This document shows, in pieces, positions 18,246 to 27,679 of a stretch of DNA of 64,000 nt. The notes beneath the pieces are model-generated. The model searched no databases. It saw only the letters and a list, made by a program, of their open reading frames with translations, and was not told the origin of the DNA. The position numbers and the translations under genes are program-made. The first letter of the stretch is position 1. Each line of letters begins with the position of its first letter. The stretch lies in IMG/VR virus record IMGVR_UViG_3300001687_000020; one strand, written 5' to 3'. This stretch comes from a virus (taxonomy: Duplodnaviria; Heunggongvirae; Uroviricota; Caudoviricetes).

Positions 18246-19319
18246 TCAAACCTTAATGTCTTTAGAGTCAATTTTCTCAGGTTCTTTCTCCTCTTCCTCT
18301 TCTTCCTCTTCCTCTTCTTCCTCTGCTTCTTTATCTAATTGCTCCATAAAAGCTTCAAAACTTTCTTCTAAAGCCTTTTTTTCACTTTCAGTCAAAGACT
18401 CAGATAACTCTTTGTCAACATCCAATTCTTCTTCCTCTTCTTTTTCCTTCTTTTCTCCCTCTTTAGGGGTCTCTTCTTCCTTCTCTTCTTCTTCGCCTAT
18501 TTCTTCTTCCATTTCCTTGATTAAAGAGGCCAATTCTTTTCGAACGATCTCTGCCTCATTCATTGTCCCTGCTTCTTCCTCAGGAACTTCTTCATCGCCC
18601 TCGATATTATCCTTAATTTCATCCAATTCAGGTTTAGGTTTTTGCTCTGCTTCGGGTGTTTCCTTGGTCTTCTCAGGCGTACTTTCTTCTTTATCCGCTG
18701 CCTGGGGCACTTCTGCTTCTTGCTCTTTAATAAATCGCTTTAAAGATTCTTCCAAAGTACCTGCCTCGGTATCTTCGGTTTGCTCTTCATCGGCGATCAT
18801 ATCTTCGATTTCGTCCAAATCACCTTCGCCACCAGCATCATCATATTTTTCCTCAGTGGCGACTTTTTCTACATCTCCTCCATCTTCATCGCCTTCTTGA
18901 TCCATCTCTTTGATAAGTCTCTTAAGAACGGAACTTTCTGAATCATTAAGAGATTCTTTAACTTCCTGTTCTTTTTCTGCTTTTTCTACTTCTTTTTCAC
19001 TCTCTTTCTTTGCTTCCTTGGAACCTGCCGGAGGGGGTTCCCCCTTTGTGGCACCAACGGTTTCCTCGGGTTCACCCTCTTGCCTTTTCATATCACCCAT
19101 TCCGGGTTCCGCGTTATCACCATTCTCAGTCAAGGAAAACATGTCTGCTGTTTTCTCATTGAAATAATATCTCTCGAGAACACCAGCAGCATCTTTATGG
19201 GTAGTCAATTCATCATCTTCTTCCCCATTAAAATTGACAATATCATCTACCATATCATTCAACTTATAGGTATTCGCTACGGACTCTTTAAGAATTTCAG
19301 GATATCCCTTCTTAGACAT
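18246..19319 (-). CDS. highly acidic low-complexity protein (Glu runs)
   Basis: 357 aa with E/K/D-rich low complexity, including a run of 15 Glu. The Ser-rich + strand ORF 18181..18900 is its antisense shadow. Confidence 0.6.
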   Translation of the reverse strand: MSKKGYPEILKESVANTYKLNDMVDDIVNFNGEEDDELTTHKDAAGVLERYYFNEKTADMFSLTENGDNAEPGMGDMKRQEGEPEETVGATKGEPPPAGSKEAKKESEKEVEKAEKEQEVKESLNDSESSVLKRLIKEMDQEGDEDGGDVEKVATEEKYDDAGGEGDLDEIEDMIADEEQTEDTEAGTLEESLKRFIKEQEAEVPQAADKEESTPEKTKETPEAEQKPKPELDEIKDNIEGDEEVPEEEAGTMNEAEIVRKELASLIKEMEEEIGEEEEKEEETPKEGEKKEKEEEEELDVDKELSESLTESEKKALEESFEAFMEQLDKEAEEEEEEEEEEEEKEPEKIDSKDIKV

Positions 19320-19441
19320 AATTAAAATTCCTCCTATTAATGTGAAAAATAGTTTATTACATTCATTCCAAATAGCCCTCGGTTTAAATCACTTATTTGT
19401 TCAATGTAATTTTCTATTTTTCTACAGAACCGTTCTGAATA

Positions 19442-20983
19442 TCAGAAATTAGCTTCAAAATCGTTAGGTCTAACATTTGCCATATCAGTTCTGCTTCCTG
19501 GCTCAGGTGTATATGGAGGATCATTATTATTATCATCATATCTATCATCAAAAGTAATAAGTCCCTCCCCCTCGGGATTTCCTGATATCGGAGTATTTCC
19601 TGGAGGACGATGAGAAGGCCATATTCTATATCTACTTAAGTCTGCTTCAAATGAAACACTTCTTCTTGGACCATTCCTATTTTTTCCTACATTAAAAGAA
19701 ATTCTTCCATCATCTGAGGGACCAAGTAAAGCAACAAAGTCAACATGCTCTACTTTTTTCATTGCCTCTCCAACACTAGTCAACTCAGGGGCTTCGTTAT
19801 TATAACCTGACCTATTAACTTGAGTAACTGTAATCACAGGAATATCGTAATCAATAGATAAAATTTTCATATCTAAAGCAATCTTTGCTAATTGTAATCT
19901 ATATAAATCAGTAGAGAATTTTGCATCAAATAAATCTAAATAATCAACTAATAGTGCCTTTATTTTCTTCTTTCCATAACGAGAAGAAATGTCATCTAAA
20001 AGTATTCTTACATCTTCAGTTCCGATTGAATAAGCAGGAAAATAATACATACAAATATTATTCCTACTTTTTTCTATAACATCTTTGACCGCTTCTCTGA
20101 CGTTTGTTCCATTATTTATATCATTAACTATTTGAGTTTCAGTCCTATTAAATAAACAACAATATAGTCTAGCAAATGTTTCATCAATAAGATTCTCTAA
20201 AGTTACATATACATAAACTCCTTCGATATCATCCGAAGATGAAATTCTTGATCTTTTACATACGTTTGCTAAGAAATTTATTAAAAAAGTAGATTTACCA
20301 CATCCTGAGTGCCCCGCAATTAAGTAAACTCGACATTTTCTAAATCCACCCCTTAATATATCTCCATCTAAATTTTCAAAACCAGAAGGAACACAATTCT
20401 CCGCTTTATTATTTTCTTTTATTCGGTCTAATACATATTCGTATGAATCAGTCATTAAGTCAAGAGAAGCAGAAACTTCAACTACTGCTGCTCTATTTTC
20501 TTGCATCATATTAGCATATAAACTTTTTACGGCTCCCTCATATTCACCTACTAAATCATCGCAACTTTCAAATCTTGACTCTTCAACTGAAGAAACTAAA
20601 TCTTTCAGTTTATTAAAGTCTTTAAATAAAGCAATTTCTTTCTTTCGATTTCTAATCTGTTTGGTATAGTCAGAAGTAAGAGATGAGTCAATATGTTTTC
20701 CCAATTTATCTTCTATATAATCTTTTAAACCATCAAATTTTCCTCCTGCTAAGATACTATCAATTATAGAGGGAATTGACCTATTCTCCATCTTTAAAGT
20801 GCAAACTTTATAAAGGCAATCAAATTTATTCTTTATCTGGATAGGAATATCTTGATTATAAAGTTCCAAGTGATAGTCCAATATATCTAAAATATTCCTT
20901 ACTAAGGATGGGTCTCTATGAATGATAGTGTCTTTTGCTAATAATAAAGAAAAACAAACATCTAAGAAAGATTCTGTAATCAT
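19442..20983 (-). CDS. DnaB-like (SF4/RecA-fold) replicative helicase
   Basis: Walker A GHSGCGKST. LLVDYLDLFDA matches the DnaB H4 motif (vIDYLQLm). An N-terminal domain of about 200 aa precedes the ATPase. Confidence 0.75.
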   Translation of the reverse strand: MITESFLDVCFSLLLAKDTIIHRDPSLVRNILDILDYHLELYNQDIPIQIKNKFDCLYKVCTLKMENRSIPSIIDSILAGGKFDGLKDYIEDKLGKHIDSSLTSDYTKQIRNRKKEIALFKDFNKLKDLVSSVEESRFESCDDLVGEYEGAVKSLYANMMQENRAAVVEVSASLDLMTDSYEYVLDRIKENNKAENCVPSGFENLDGDILRGGFRKCRVYLIAGHSGCGKSTFLINFLANVCKRSRISSSDDIEGVYVYVTLENLIDETFARLYCCLFNRTETQIVNDINNGTNVREAVKDVIEKSRNNICMYYFPAYSIGTEDVRILLDDISSRYGKKKIKALLVDYLDLFDAKFSTDLYRLQLAKIALDMKILSIDYDIPVITVTQVNRSGYNNEAPELTSVGEAMKKVEHVDFVALLGPSDDGRISFNVGKNRNGPRRSVSFEADLSRYRIWPSHRPPGNTPISGNPEGEGLITFDDRYDDNNNDPPYTPEPGSRTDMANVRPNDFEANF

Positions 20984-20992
20984 TTAAATCTC

Positions 20993-21424
20993 CTATGAGG
21001 CTAATATTTGACAAATCAAATGCTTTAGGTCATATACTATCTTTACGTCAGGTCTAACTAGTCTAGTTTGAATTTCTACATCTACTCTTCTTTCGTAATC
21101 TGGATCCATTCCGATAAATATTAATTTTTTAGTCATTGACCAAGTTCCCAATTCATATAATACTATTGGACATAAAGTTTCTTTTGGGAACCAGAATGAT
21201 ATTCTTTCTGCTAACCTTAAAAATTTATGTTCCCATTCTATTTGTTTCACCGCTTCACCTTTGATACCTATTGGAAAATTCTCTCTTCTTGGATTAAAAA
21301 CAGTTATATTCTTACCATCTAATGCTTTAACTACTTCTTTTTGCCAATCTGGACAATTAGTTATTCCCCCTGCTAAAAATATACTATTCTTTATAATATT
21401 ATTAGGTGCTTCAATATAATTCAT
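20993..21424 (-). CDS. nucleoside 2-deoxyribosyltransferase-like / DNPH1-like protein
   Basis: SIFLAGGITNCPDWQ resembles the NDT/Rcl FLAGP motif. VLYELGTW resembles the catalytic Glu motif. Confidence 0.6.
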   Translation of the reverse strand: MNYIEAPNNIIKNSIFLAGGITNCPDWQKEVVKALDGKNITVFNPRRENFPIGIKGEAVKQIEWEHKFLRLAERISFWFPKETLCPIVLYELGTWSMTKKLIFIGMDPDYERRVDVEIQTRLVRPDVKIVYDLKHLICQILAS

Positions 21425-21615
21425 TTCATTCGCCTTTCTATTATTATAGTATTATTATACATTCGTGAAGTAGCATCTAATGATAGCATACAATTTCTAA
21501 ACTCTTCAAATTTCATGTAATATGTATACTTAAAAGCACTTAAATATATATAGTATTCTTTTTCGATGTTAGAAAGCCAATAATTTGGAAGAGGCATGAA
21601 GTTCTCTAAATTCAT
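21421..21615 (-). CDS. small hypothetical protein
   Basis: 64-aa ORF. It overlaps the dpdA-like start by 47 nt and may be spurious. Confidence 0.25.
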   Translation of the reverse strand: MNLENFMPLPNYWLSNIEKEYYIYLSAFKYTYYMKFEEFRNCMLSLDATSRMYNNTIIIERRMK

Positions 21616-22966
21616 CTTTCGATAAGGTTTTCTTTATCAAATATTCACAATGTTCCAAATCTAATTCATTTAACATATTCAACGAATTATATACACTATA
21701 AGATTTCGTAGTTTGCTTTCTAGTAAGTTTTCCTTGATTCAAATTTCTTACTGTTCCTTCGACTAGTGTATCAAATTCTTCATAATCACCATCAAGATAA
21801 AATTCATAGGCTTTATTAGCAATGGATTTGCATAGAGTTTCCACTCTCTTAAACATCCATAGCATATAAAGCATTGAGTAAACACTTACTTCTCTAAAGA
21901 AACTATTGGTTTCTCTATTGTATATAATATCTTTAGTCAATGGTTTGAAGTTAAATTCATTACATAATAAAGTTATCTCATTTTTATATTTCTCAATTCT
22001 AGAGATATCACCTTTCCATCTTAAATGTAATCCTTGTTCTCTTAAATCTAGTTTTCTAGAGATATCACCTTCTAAAACATTTAAATACCTTGCTTGCATG
22101 AGTCCTTTAAAAAGACCTGACGAATCATAAGTAATAGTAACTTTAATGTCATGTTTTTCTACAATATGCTTTTTTATTAGTTCATAGAAAAATATGTCTC
22201 TAAAGTTTGATCCTCCTAAAATGTGGAAATCGAACTCTTTTATGCCTTTTTCCTTTGCTTTTATGAGAATAGGCATTAAAGGAATGATATAAATAATACA
22301 AGGAATTAAAACATCAGAAGCCATATTTGCTACAATCCCACCAGTAGCAAAGTGCCTAAAACTTTCAAACATTCCATCATAATTTAATAAATCATTAAAT
22401 ATTCTCCATAACTTTGGAGTTCTAAAGTGATTAATATAAATAATCTTATCTCTTGCTTCTTGAGGTAAATTCTTAGCTAATTCATAAGATTTTAAATTAT
22501 AGTCATAAATATCTTTAAAACTATTGAAAATTGTACATCCAGGACCTGGAACTATATCTAAAATGAAAGCCCTATCGAAACAGTCTTCTTGTTTTATGAA
22601 ACCATAATATAAATCTAATAATATATCAGTCTGCTCTTTATCCAATTTGCCTATAGAAATCTGAAATCCGCCCGAGTCCACATAAAATAAACTGGAATCA
22701 AAAAATCCTGTATCTCTACATTTTCTTAACATCTTAGCAACATTTACGTTATGTCGCTCATATTTTCTCATTTTATAAAAATTTTGACCATAGGAGTGAA
22801 GAAATCTATTACAGGTTTTAGAAAAGAAATTACTTATGTCTGACTTGGTGAAATTACTGCTAAATTCTTCACTATTCATAAAAGTTTCGATAATAGTGGC
22901 TAAAGTCTCAAACCCCGCCACAGTGAATCCTGCTGCCTCATTCATTTCGTTATTCCCTCTTTTCAA
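21569..22966 (-). CDS. dpdA: DpdA-like DNA/tRNA-guanine transglycosylase
   Basis: FYVDSGGFQ matches the TGT catalytic DSGGFQ motif. HILGGSNF lies downstream in the barrel. Confidence 0.8.
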   Translation of the reverse strand: MKRGNNEMNEAAGFTVAGFETLATIIETFMNSEEFSSNFTKSDISNFFSKTCNRFLHSYGQNFYKMRKYERHNVNVAKMLRKCRDTGFFDSSLFYVDSGGFQISIGKLDKEQTDILLDLYYGFIKQEDCFDRAFILDIVPGPGCTIFNSFKDIYDYNLKSYELAKNLPQEARDKIIYINHFRTPKLWRIFNDLLNYDGMFESFRHFATGGIVANMASDVLIPCIIYIIPLMPILIKAKEKGIKEFDFHILGGSNFRDIFFYELIKKHIVEKHDIKVTITYDSSGLFKGLMQARYLNVLEGDISRKLDLREQGLHLRWKGDISRIEKYKNEITLLCNEFNFKPLTKDIIYNRETNSFFREVSVYSMLYMLWMFKRVETLCKSIANKAYEFYLDGDYEEFDTLVEGTVRNLNQGKLTRKQTTKSYSVYNSLNMLNELDLEHCEYLIKKTLSKDEFRELHASSKLLAF

Positions 22967-23354
22967 GTTTAATTATTTTCTCTTTATATGCCTCTAAAGT
23001 AATGGATAAAAAATGAGCATAATTAGCTGTGTCGATAGCATTGTCCAACGCCATCTCCATACTCTTATTATCCATTAATAGGTTATTAGTAATTATGTTC
23101 AATACTCTCCGGATCTTAACATGAGCCAACACAGCGTTCAAAGTTGGTGCTAGAGAAGGGAATTCAGGAAGTCTCCAAGTATCCGTTCCGTATTCTGCGT
23201 TTCTCTCAACGAATATTCCATATGCTTTACATACTGATTCAAACATAACTCTGGCTTCTTTTTTATCAAAATTCTTACTATTAAATGAACACTCACTTAT
23301 AGCCTCTTGGTTATCTTCGTCAAATAATACCAACTTAATATTTTTAGAATCCAT
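22950..23354 (-). CDS. hypothetical protein
   Basis: 134-aa ORF. Confidence 0.45.
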   Translation of the reverse strand: MDSKNIKLVLFDEDNQEAISECSFNSKNFDKKEARVMFESVCKAYGIFVERNAEYGTDTWRLPEFPSLAPTLNAVLAHVKIRRVLNIITNNLLMDNKSMEMALDNAIDTANYAHFLSITLEAYKEKIIKLEKRE

Positions 23355-23698
23355 TAATTATCCTCCTCTTTTTTATACCATCCATATTCATTCATTAACT
23401 CTTTAGAAACTAAATGTAAGTCTAATACACAAGGAATTACAATAACATGACAATCAAGTATCTTATTAAGTTCATTTTTTAACCTGATACTTTCCTCATA
23501 TGTTAACATATCATTTGGACATTTAATTACTAAAACGTCGTCTTTTTTAACACTAGATTTCTTTATTACTTGATCCTTGTTATTTAAAGCCATAGATTTT
23601 TTAATTTGAATTATCAGTATACTACCCAACACAGCTATTAGAATTATAAGAATAATTAAGAAAAAAATAATTAAATCATTGTAAATCGTATATGCCAT
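23354..23698 (-). CDS. single-pass membrane protein
   Basis: N-terminal TM helix LIIFFLIILIILIAVLGSILII. Confidence 0.45.
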   Translation of the reverse strand: MAYTIYNDLIIFFLIILIILIAVLGSILIIQIKKSMALNNKDQVIKKSSVKKDDVLVIKCPNDMLTYEESIRLKNELNKILDCHVIVIPCVLDLHLVSKELMNEYGWYKKEEDN

Positions 23699-23710
23699 AT
23701 ATTCTCTCCT

Positions 23711-24844
23711 TTAATAGAATCTCTCATTTGGCTCTCTTTCTAATAAAGATATTATAGGGAGACCATGAGTATCGTTCGCTAAAAACTTAATACATAAAAC
23801 ATATAAAAGTTCTGAATTACATTCTTTGATATTATCACTAATACTTTTTAAACAATTATTCTCACATATTATATCCCCTACTACAGCAACTTTTTTACTA
23901 ACTATATAGTTACTTATTAAAACCTTACTATAACAACGTTCTTCTCCAAATAGACTTGGTGCTAAACGTATACAATATTTACTTCCAAAATATACATTTG
24001 CCAATATAGTACATATAGGCATACATCTATTATTTAAACATATGATAACATCAGGGCATTCTCCATCAAAATTATGACCCAATGCTTTTCTAGCCAAATT
24101 AGTAGTAATCTCAGAGCACAATTCCAAATCAACTAAATAATTTTCAATTTCATAGCTAGTACAATTTCTAAATCTCTCCATAGGAATTTCCTCATCTATT
24201 GACTTTTGCTTAGATTTATTTGTATAAATTTTGCTTAAATTATCTTCAACTTGCAATTCATTCCAAATGAAACTATCAACAGCTAATAGTGTTGAATCTT
24301 CAAAATCCCTATTCTTCAGTTCTTTAGAAATTTCTTTGGCAATATTACATAAATATTTATAGACTTTTCCAGTAACTTGATAATCATATTTTGGTAATTT
24401 GGTCGCTTCTAAATAATTAAAACCTACATAGGCTCTCCTATTCCATATCATAAAATCATTTGGATGGCTCTTACATAAAATTTCACTTATCATTGCGGGA
24501 CCCATTCCTTTAATTTGGGTTCGGAAAGAATCCCATCTATAAATAATATCTTGTTCTCCCCAAACTAACTCTGTCAAATGTTTTTTAAAATTTTGTAAAC
24601 CATTATCCCCAATAATCTTATCAATTACATAGTGTTTATTCCTCCATATTAACATTGCCCATAATTTTGATAGATATTCATAGATATCTTCTTCATTCAT
24701 AGAAAAGATTTTATCCTTTGAAAACTGTTGATAGTAATTTACTAGGTCAGCTCGTTCTTCAAAGTCTTTGGAAAATTTTTCATAACCTTTTTTGGAATTT
24801 GAAATAAAATTTTGAGTATGTTTTTTTAGTAGTTCTGTATTCAT
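23711..24844 (-). CDS. hypothetical protein with degenerate type-I PRTase-like C-terminal region
   Basis: KKVAVVGDIICENNCL resembles a PRPP-binding strand-loop (vllVDDvitTG), but the TGxT is replaced. This call is weak. Confidence 0.4.
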   Translation of the reverse strand: MNTELLKKHTQNFISNSKKGYEKFSKDFEERADLVNYYQQFSKDKIFSMNEEDIYEYLSKLWAMLIWRNKHYVIDKIIGDNGLQNFKKHLTELVWGEQDIIYRWDSFRTQIKGMGPAMISEILCKSHPNDFMIWNRRAYVGFNYLEATKLPKYDYQVTGKVYKYLCNIAKEISKELKNRDFEDSTLLAVDSFIWNELQVEDNLSKIYTNKSKQKSIDEEIPMERFRNCTSYEIENYLVDLELCSEITTNLARKALGHNFDGECPDVIICLNNRCMPICTILANVYFGSKYCIRLAPSLFGEERCYSKVLISNYIVSKKVAVVGDIICENNCLKSISDNIKECNSELLYVLCIKFLANDTHGLPIISLLEREPNERFY

Positions 24845-24848
24845 GATT

Positions 24849-25619
24849 CTATATTCTCCTTTCTTTTACTTTAATCCAAGGATATGTCTCAGATGGATTT
24901 ATATCGTCAAAGATGATAGGAATTTTCTTTTTAAGATATCCAAGTAAAGGTATAGTAATTTCTCTCAACTGTGGATGACATTTGGGGGTAGTTCTGAGTT
25001 GGAGAAAGTATCTTAATTCTCTCATATTCATGGTTATAACTAACTCTGTTTTCAATGAGTTTGGAAGAACTGCTCTTGCTTGTTGAGCCAAAAAACCTAA
25101 GTCTATAAGATTCATGTATTCTATTTCCGCTTTAGTACATGAAGCATACCATCTATTAATTCCTTTATAATTTTTTACATTTTCGTTTTGTTCATATCTT
25201 CCACCTTCTACCATAACTTTCAAAATCTCATAATTAGAACTAAATTTTTGTTTTTTAGTATCATAAAGGTCTCTAAACCAAAGAGGAAGTATAACTGTTA
25301 TTTCATTCCCGAATTTATCTTTGGCATAGCAGCAATACCTAGTACTAGATTGTGAGTAGGATGCTAATCTGTGACGGACTATTTCGTGTGTTACACCTCG
25401 ATCACATACTACTTTAAAAGTTAACTTTTCATGTTCTATTAGAGATAAATGACCCAAAGAAATAGCTTTCTTTATAAATTCTTTACTTGAGTTTGAAGTT
25501 ATCTTATCTTCACTTTTATAACAAGTCCTTCCAGCAAACTCTAATTTCTTTAGAATTTCATCTCCATTAATTTTATCTAATATTTCAATTTTCGGACTTA
25601 TTATTTTCATTTTTTCCAT
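24849..25619 (-). CDS. thyX: flavin-dependent thymidylate synthase ThyX
   Basis: VRHRLASYSQSSTRY matches the RHRx7S ThyX signature. Confidence 0.9.
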   Translation of the reverse strand: MEKMKIISPKIEILDKINGDEILKKLEFAGRTCYKSEDKITSNSSKEFIKKAISLGHLSLIEHEKLTFKVVCDRGVTHEIVRHRLASYSQSSTRYCCYAKDKFGNEITVILPLWFRDLYDTKKQKFSSNYEILKVMVEGGRYEQNENVKNYKGINRWYASCTKAEIEYMNLIDLGFLAQQARAVLPNSLKTELVITMNMRELRYFLQLRTTPKCHPQLREITIPLLGYLKKKIPIIFDDINPSETYPWIKVKERRI

Positions 25620-25833
25620 TCTCCTTTACTAAAGATTCAAATTTCTCTACTTTTCTCCTGACTACATTTCCTAAAACTTCTTCGATTGTAGTTCCTTCAC
25701 AACTACATACATACTCTAGTTTTAAGCGATCAATATAACTAGTAGGAACCAAAACTCCAAAAACTGCTTTCCTAGTATATTCATTCCTTAAAGATATATC
25801 TATTTCGTTAAGTATTATCTCTTTACTTCTCAT
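25585..25833 (-). CDS. hypothetical protein
   Basis: 82-aa ORF between queE and thyX. Confidence 0.4.
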   Translation of the reverse strand: MRSKEIILNEIDISLRNEYTRKAVFGVLVPTSYIDRLKLEYVCSCEGTTIEEVLGNVVRRKVEKFESLVKENGKNENNKSEN

Positions 25834-25834
25834 A

Positions 25835-26491
25835 CTATATAAACCCGTAAATTAAATGAATACGTGAAGAAAAGTTAAACTTATATTTTTCTGTCATATC
25901 AAAGACTTCAGGAGAATTTCTAATTAATGTTTCTCGGTCAATCCCCTCAGGCATTAGATAAACTTTATTATTAATATCTAAATTACTCAAAAATCCCAAG
26001 TAGTGTCTAATAAGATCATTATTTTCAAATACTATCTTTATATACAAGTTTTTAATATCTCTTAGTTTTTTAGTTACATCCATTTCTTTAAGTAAATCAT
26101 TTTCATTAAAGATTTTAGGAGAATATATGTATTTAACTTTCTTATCAGGGGTAACTTGATTAATTAAATCAATTAAATGATAACCATTACTTTCAACATT
26201 TGCTAGAGGATAATTTAAATAATTGAGTAGTTTTAGTGAATCATCTATATGCTTTTGAAAAGTAGGTTCGCCTCCAGTAATTAATAAACCCAACTTTTGC
26301 TCATTTATTATATCTTGCAAAGGTCCTAAAGAAAATTCTGCTTCCTGCTGAATACGCATTTTCACTAATGTGTCACACCAAGGGCAAGACTTATTACAAT
26401 ACTTAAATCTAAATAAAAGCATTCTTTTTCCCATATCGGGTCCTTCTCCTTGCAAAGTCGATGTACATTCAATCCCTTTAACTGTGTCCAT
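25835..26491 (-). CDS. queE: 7-carboxy-7-deazaguanine synthase QueE (radical SAM)
   Basis: CNKSCPWCDT cysteine cluster and the LITGGEPTF glycine-rich SAM motif. Confidence 0.85.
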   Translation of the reverse strand: MDTVKGIECTSTLQGEGPDMGKRMLLFRFKYCNKSCPWCDTLVKMRIQQEAEFSLGPLQDIINEQKLGLLITGGEPTFQKHIDDSLKLLNYLNYPLANVESNGYHLIDLINQVTPDKKVKYIYSPKIFNENDLLKEMDVTKKLRDIKNLYIKIVFENNDLIRHYLGFLSNLDINNKVYLMPEGIDRETLIRNSPEVFDMTEKYKFNFSSRIHLIYGFI

Positions 26492-26594
26492 TTAAATTGA
26501 TCTCCTTTCTTGTAAAGTACTGACATCTTTTAAAAATTCTTTTTTAGATTGATATTTTGCTTCTCTTCCACAACCATAATCACATAGCATTGTC

Positions 26595-27512
26595 TTATTC
26601 ATCATCCCATGTGTATTCTTGAGTTTTCGTTGAAGTCAATGGTTCGGTCAACTGAGTATAACGATCTATCCAAGAAAATTTAACCATTGCCTTTATATCA
26701 GGAATAAACCATTTTGGTAAATTCGATTCATTCTCAGGGATTGAAATAGTTTCTAATTTTCGGTTTTTAGTTTCAAAATTCTTATAATACTTTTCTACTA
26801 CATCTTTGGGAGCTATGTCTTTATCCAATCCTAATAATTTAAATAAATATCCCTTAGTTCCAGGTAAGAAATAATTATACATTAAATCATTCCAATTTAA
26901 CATAGATACCACATTTTGAGGTATCTTTTTATATTCGGTTAATTTTTTACCAAAACTTGAAGGTCTAGCAACCTCCTTATCACCTGCTTTAATTTTCTGA
27001 ATGAACTCTTTTTCTTTTACATCAATAAAATCCAATATTTCTACTATAGATATACTATCTGAGGAAAGCATCATATCCAAAAGAACTTTTAGATACTGTT
27101 TAGTTAAGGCGGGGTAATCACTTCTTTGAGTTTCTATTCCTACGATTTTAATTTCATTTACTAACTTTTCTTCTCTCTTTACGATGTTTAAAGCATAATG
27201 TTTTTTAGAAATAAAAACTCCTCTTTTACAAACCAATTCGTTCTTTAATCTTAACTTATTTACATCTACATTCACTTGGTGTTTTTTTACTACACCTAAT
27301 ACTATCTTATTATTTAAAAAATTTTCTATTCCTCCACATATTTTACCTACTTCATTTAAATCTTCCTTGTCTACAAAGTCCTGAAGTACTACAAAAATAG
27401 AATCGGTATCACTGGTTATTATATATTTAGTATAATCTTTTAACCCTCCATAAACATTACTTAATTCTTCTATATCACCATACATAGCATCCTTCGACAA
27501 AATATTACCCAT
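26595..27512 (-). CDS. family-B DNA polymerase, C-terminal piece (motif C + KKRY palm/thumb)
   Basis: TSDTDSIFV is motif C (YGDTDS). ISKKHYAL is the KKRY motif. Confidence 0.85.
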   Translation of the reverse strand: MGNILSKDAMYGDIEELSNVYGGLKDYTKYIITSDTDSIFVVLQDFVDKEDLNEVGKICGGIENFLNNKIVLGVVKKHQVNVDVNKLRLKNELVCKRGVFISKKHYALNIVKREEKLVNEIKIVGIETQRSDYPALTKQYLKVLLDMMLSSDSISIVEILDFIDVKEKEFIQKIKAGDKEVARPSSFGKKLTEYKKIPQNVVSMLNWNDLMYNYFLPGTKGYLFKLLGLDKDIAPKDVVEKYYKNFETKNRKLETISIPENESNLPKWFIPDIKAMVKFSWIDRYTQLTEPLTSTKTQEYTWDDE

Positions 27513-27614
27513 TCAAGGTCCTCCTTCCTTTATGATTTGTTCATAGGTTTTGAGCAACTTCAATTTGGAAAGAACTAGTGGTTTTATATATATTAATTAC
27601 CAGTTAAAGTATAT

Positions 27615-27650
27615 TGGATTGTTGCTTTTTTTAACAGTCAAGAAAAGCAA
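27615..27650. promoter_or_regulatory. hairpin in polB-intervening region
   Basis: TTGTTGCTTTT ... AAAAGCAACAA inverted repeat. Confidence 0.35.
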
Positions 27651-27679
27651 CAAAAAAATAATGGAAAGGAGGAATTGCT

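Noticed and set aside
18181-18900. 239-aa Ser-rich ORF on the + strand
   Set aside because: It is the antisense shadow of the Glu-rich gene 18246..19319. GAA/GAG codons read backwards give TCT/TTC/CTC. It has no SD and an implausible poly-Ser composition.
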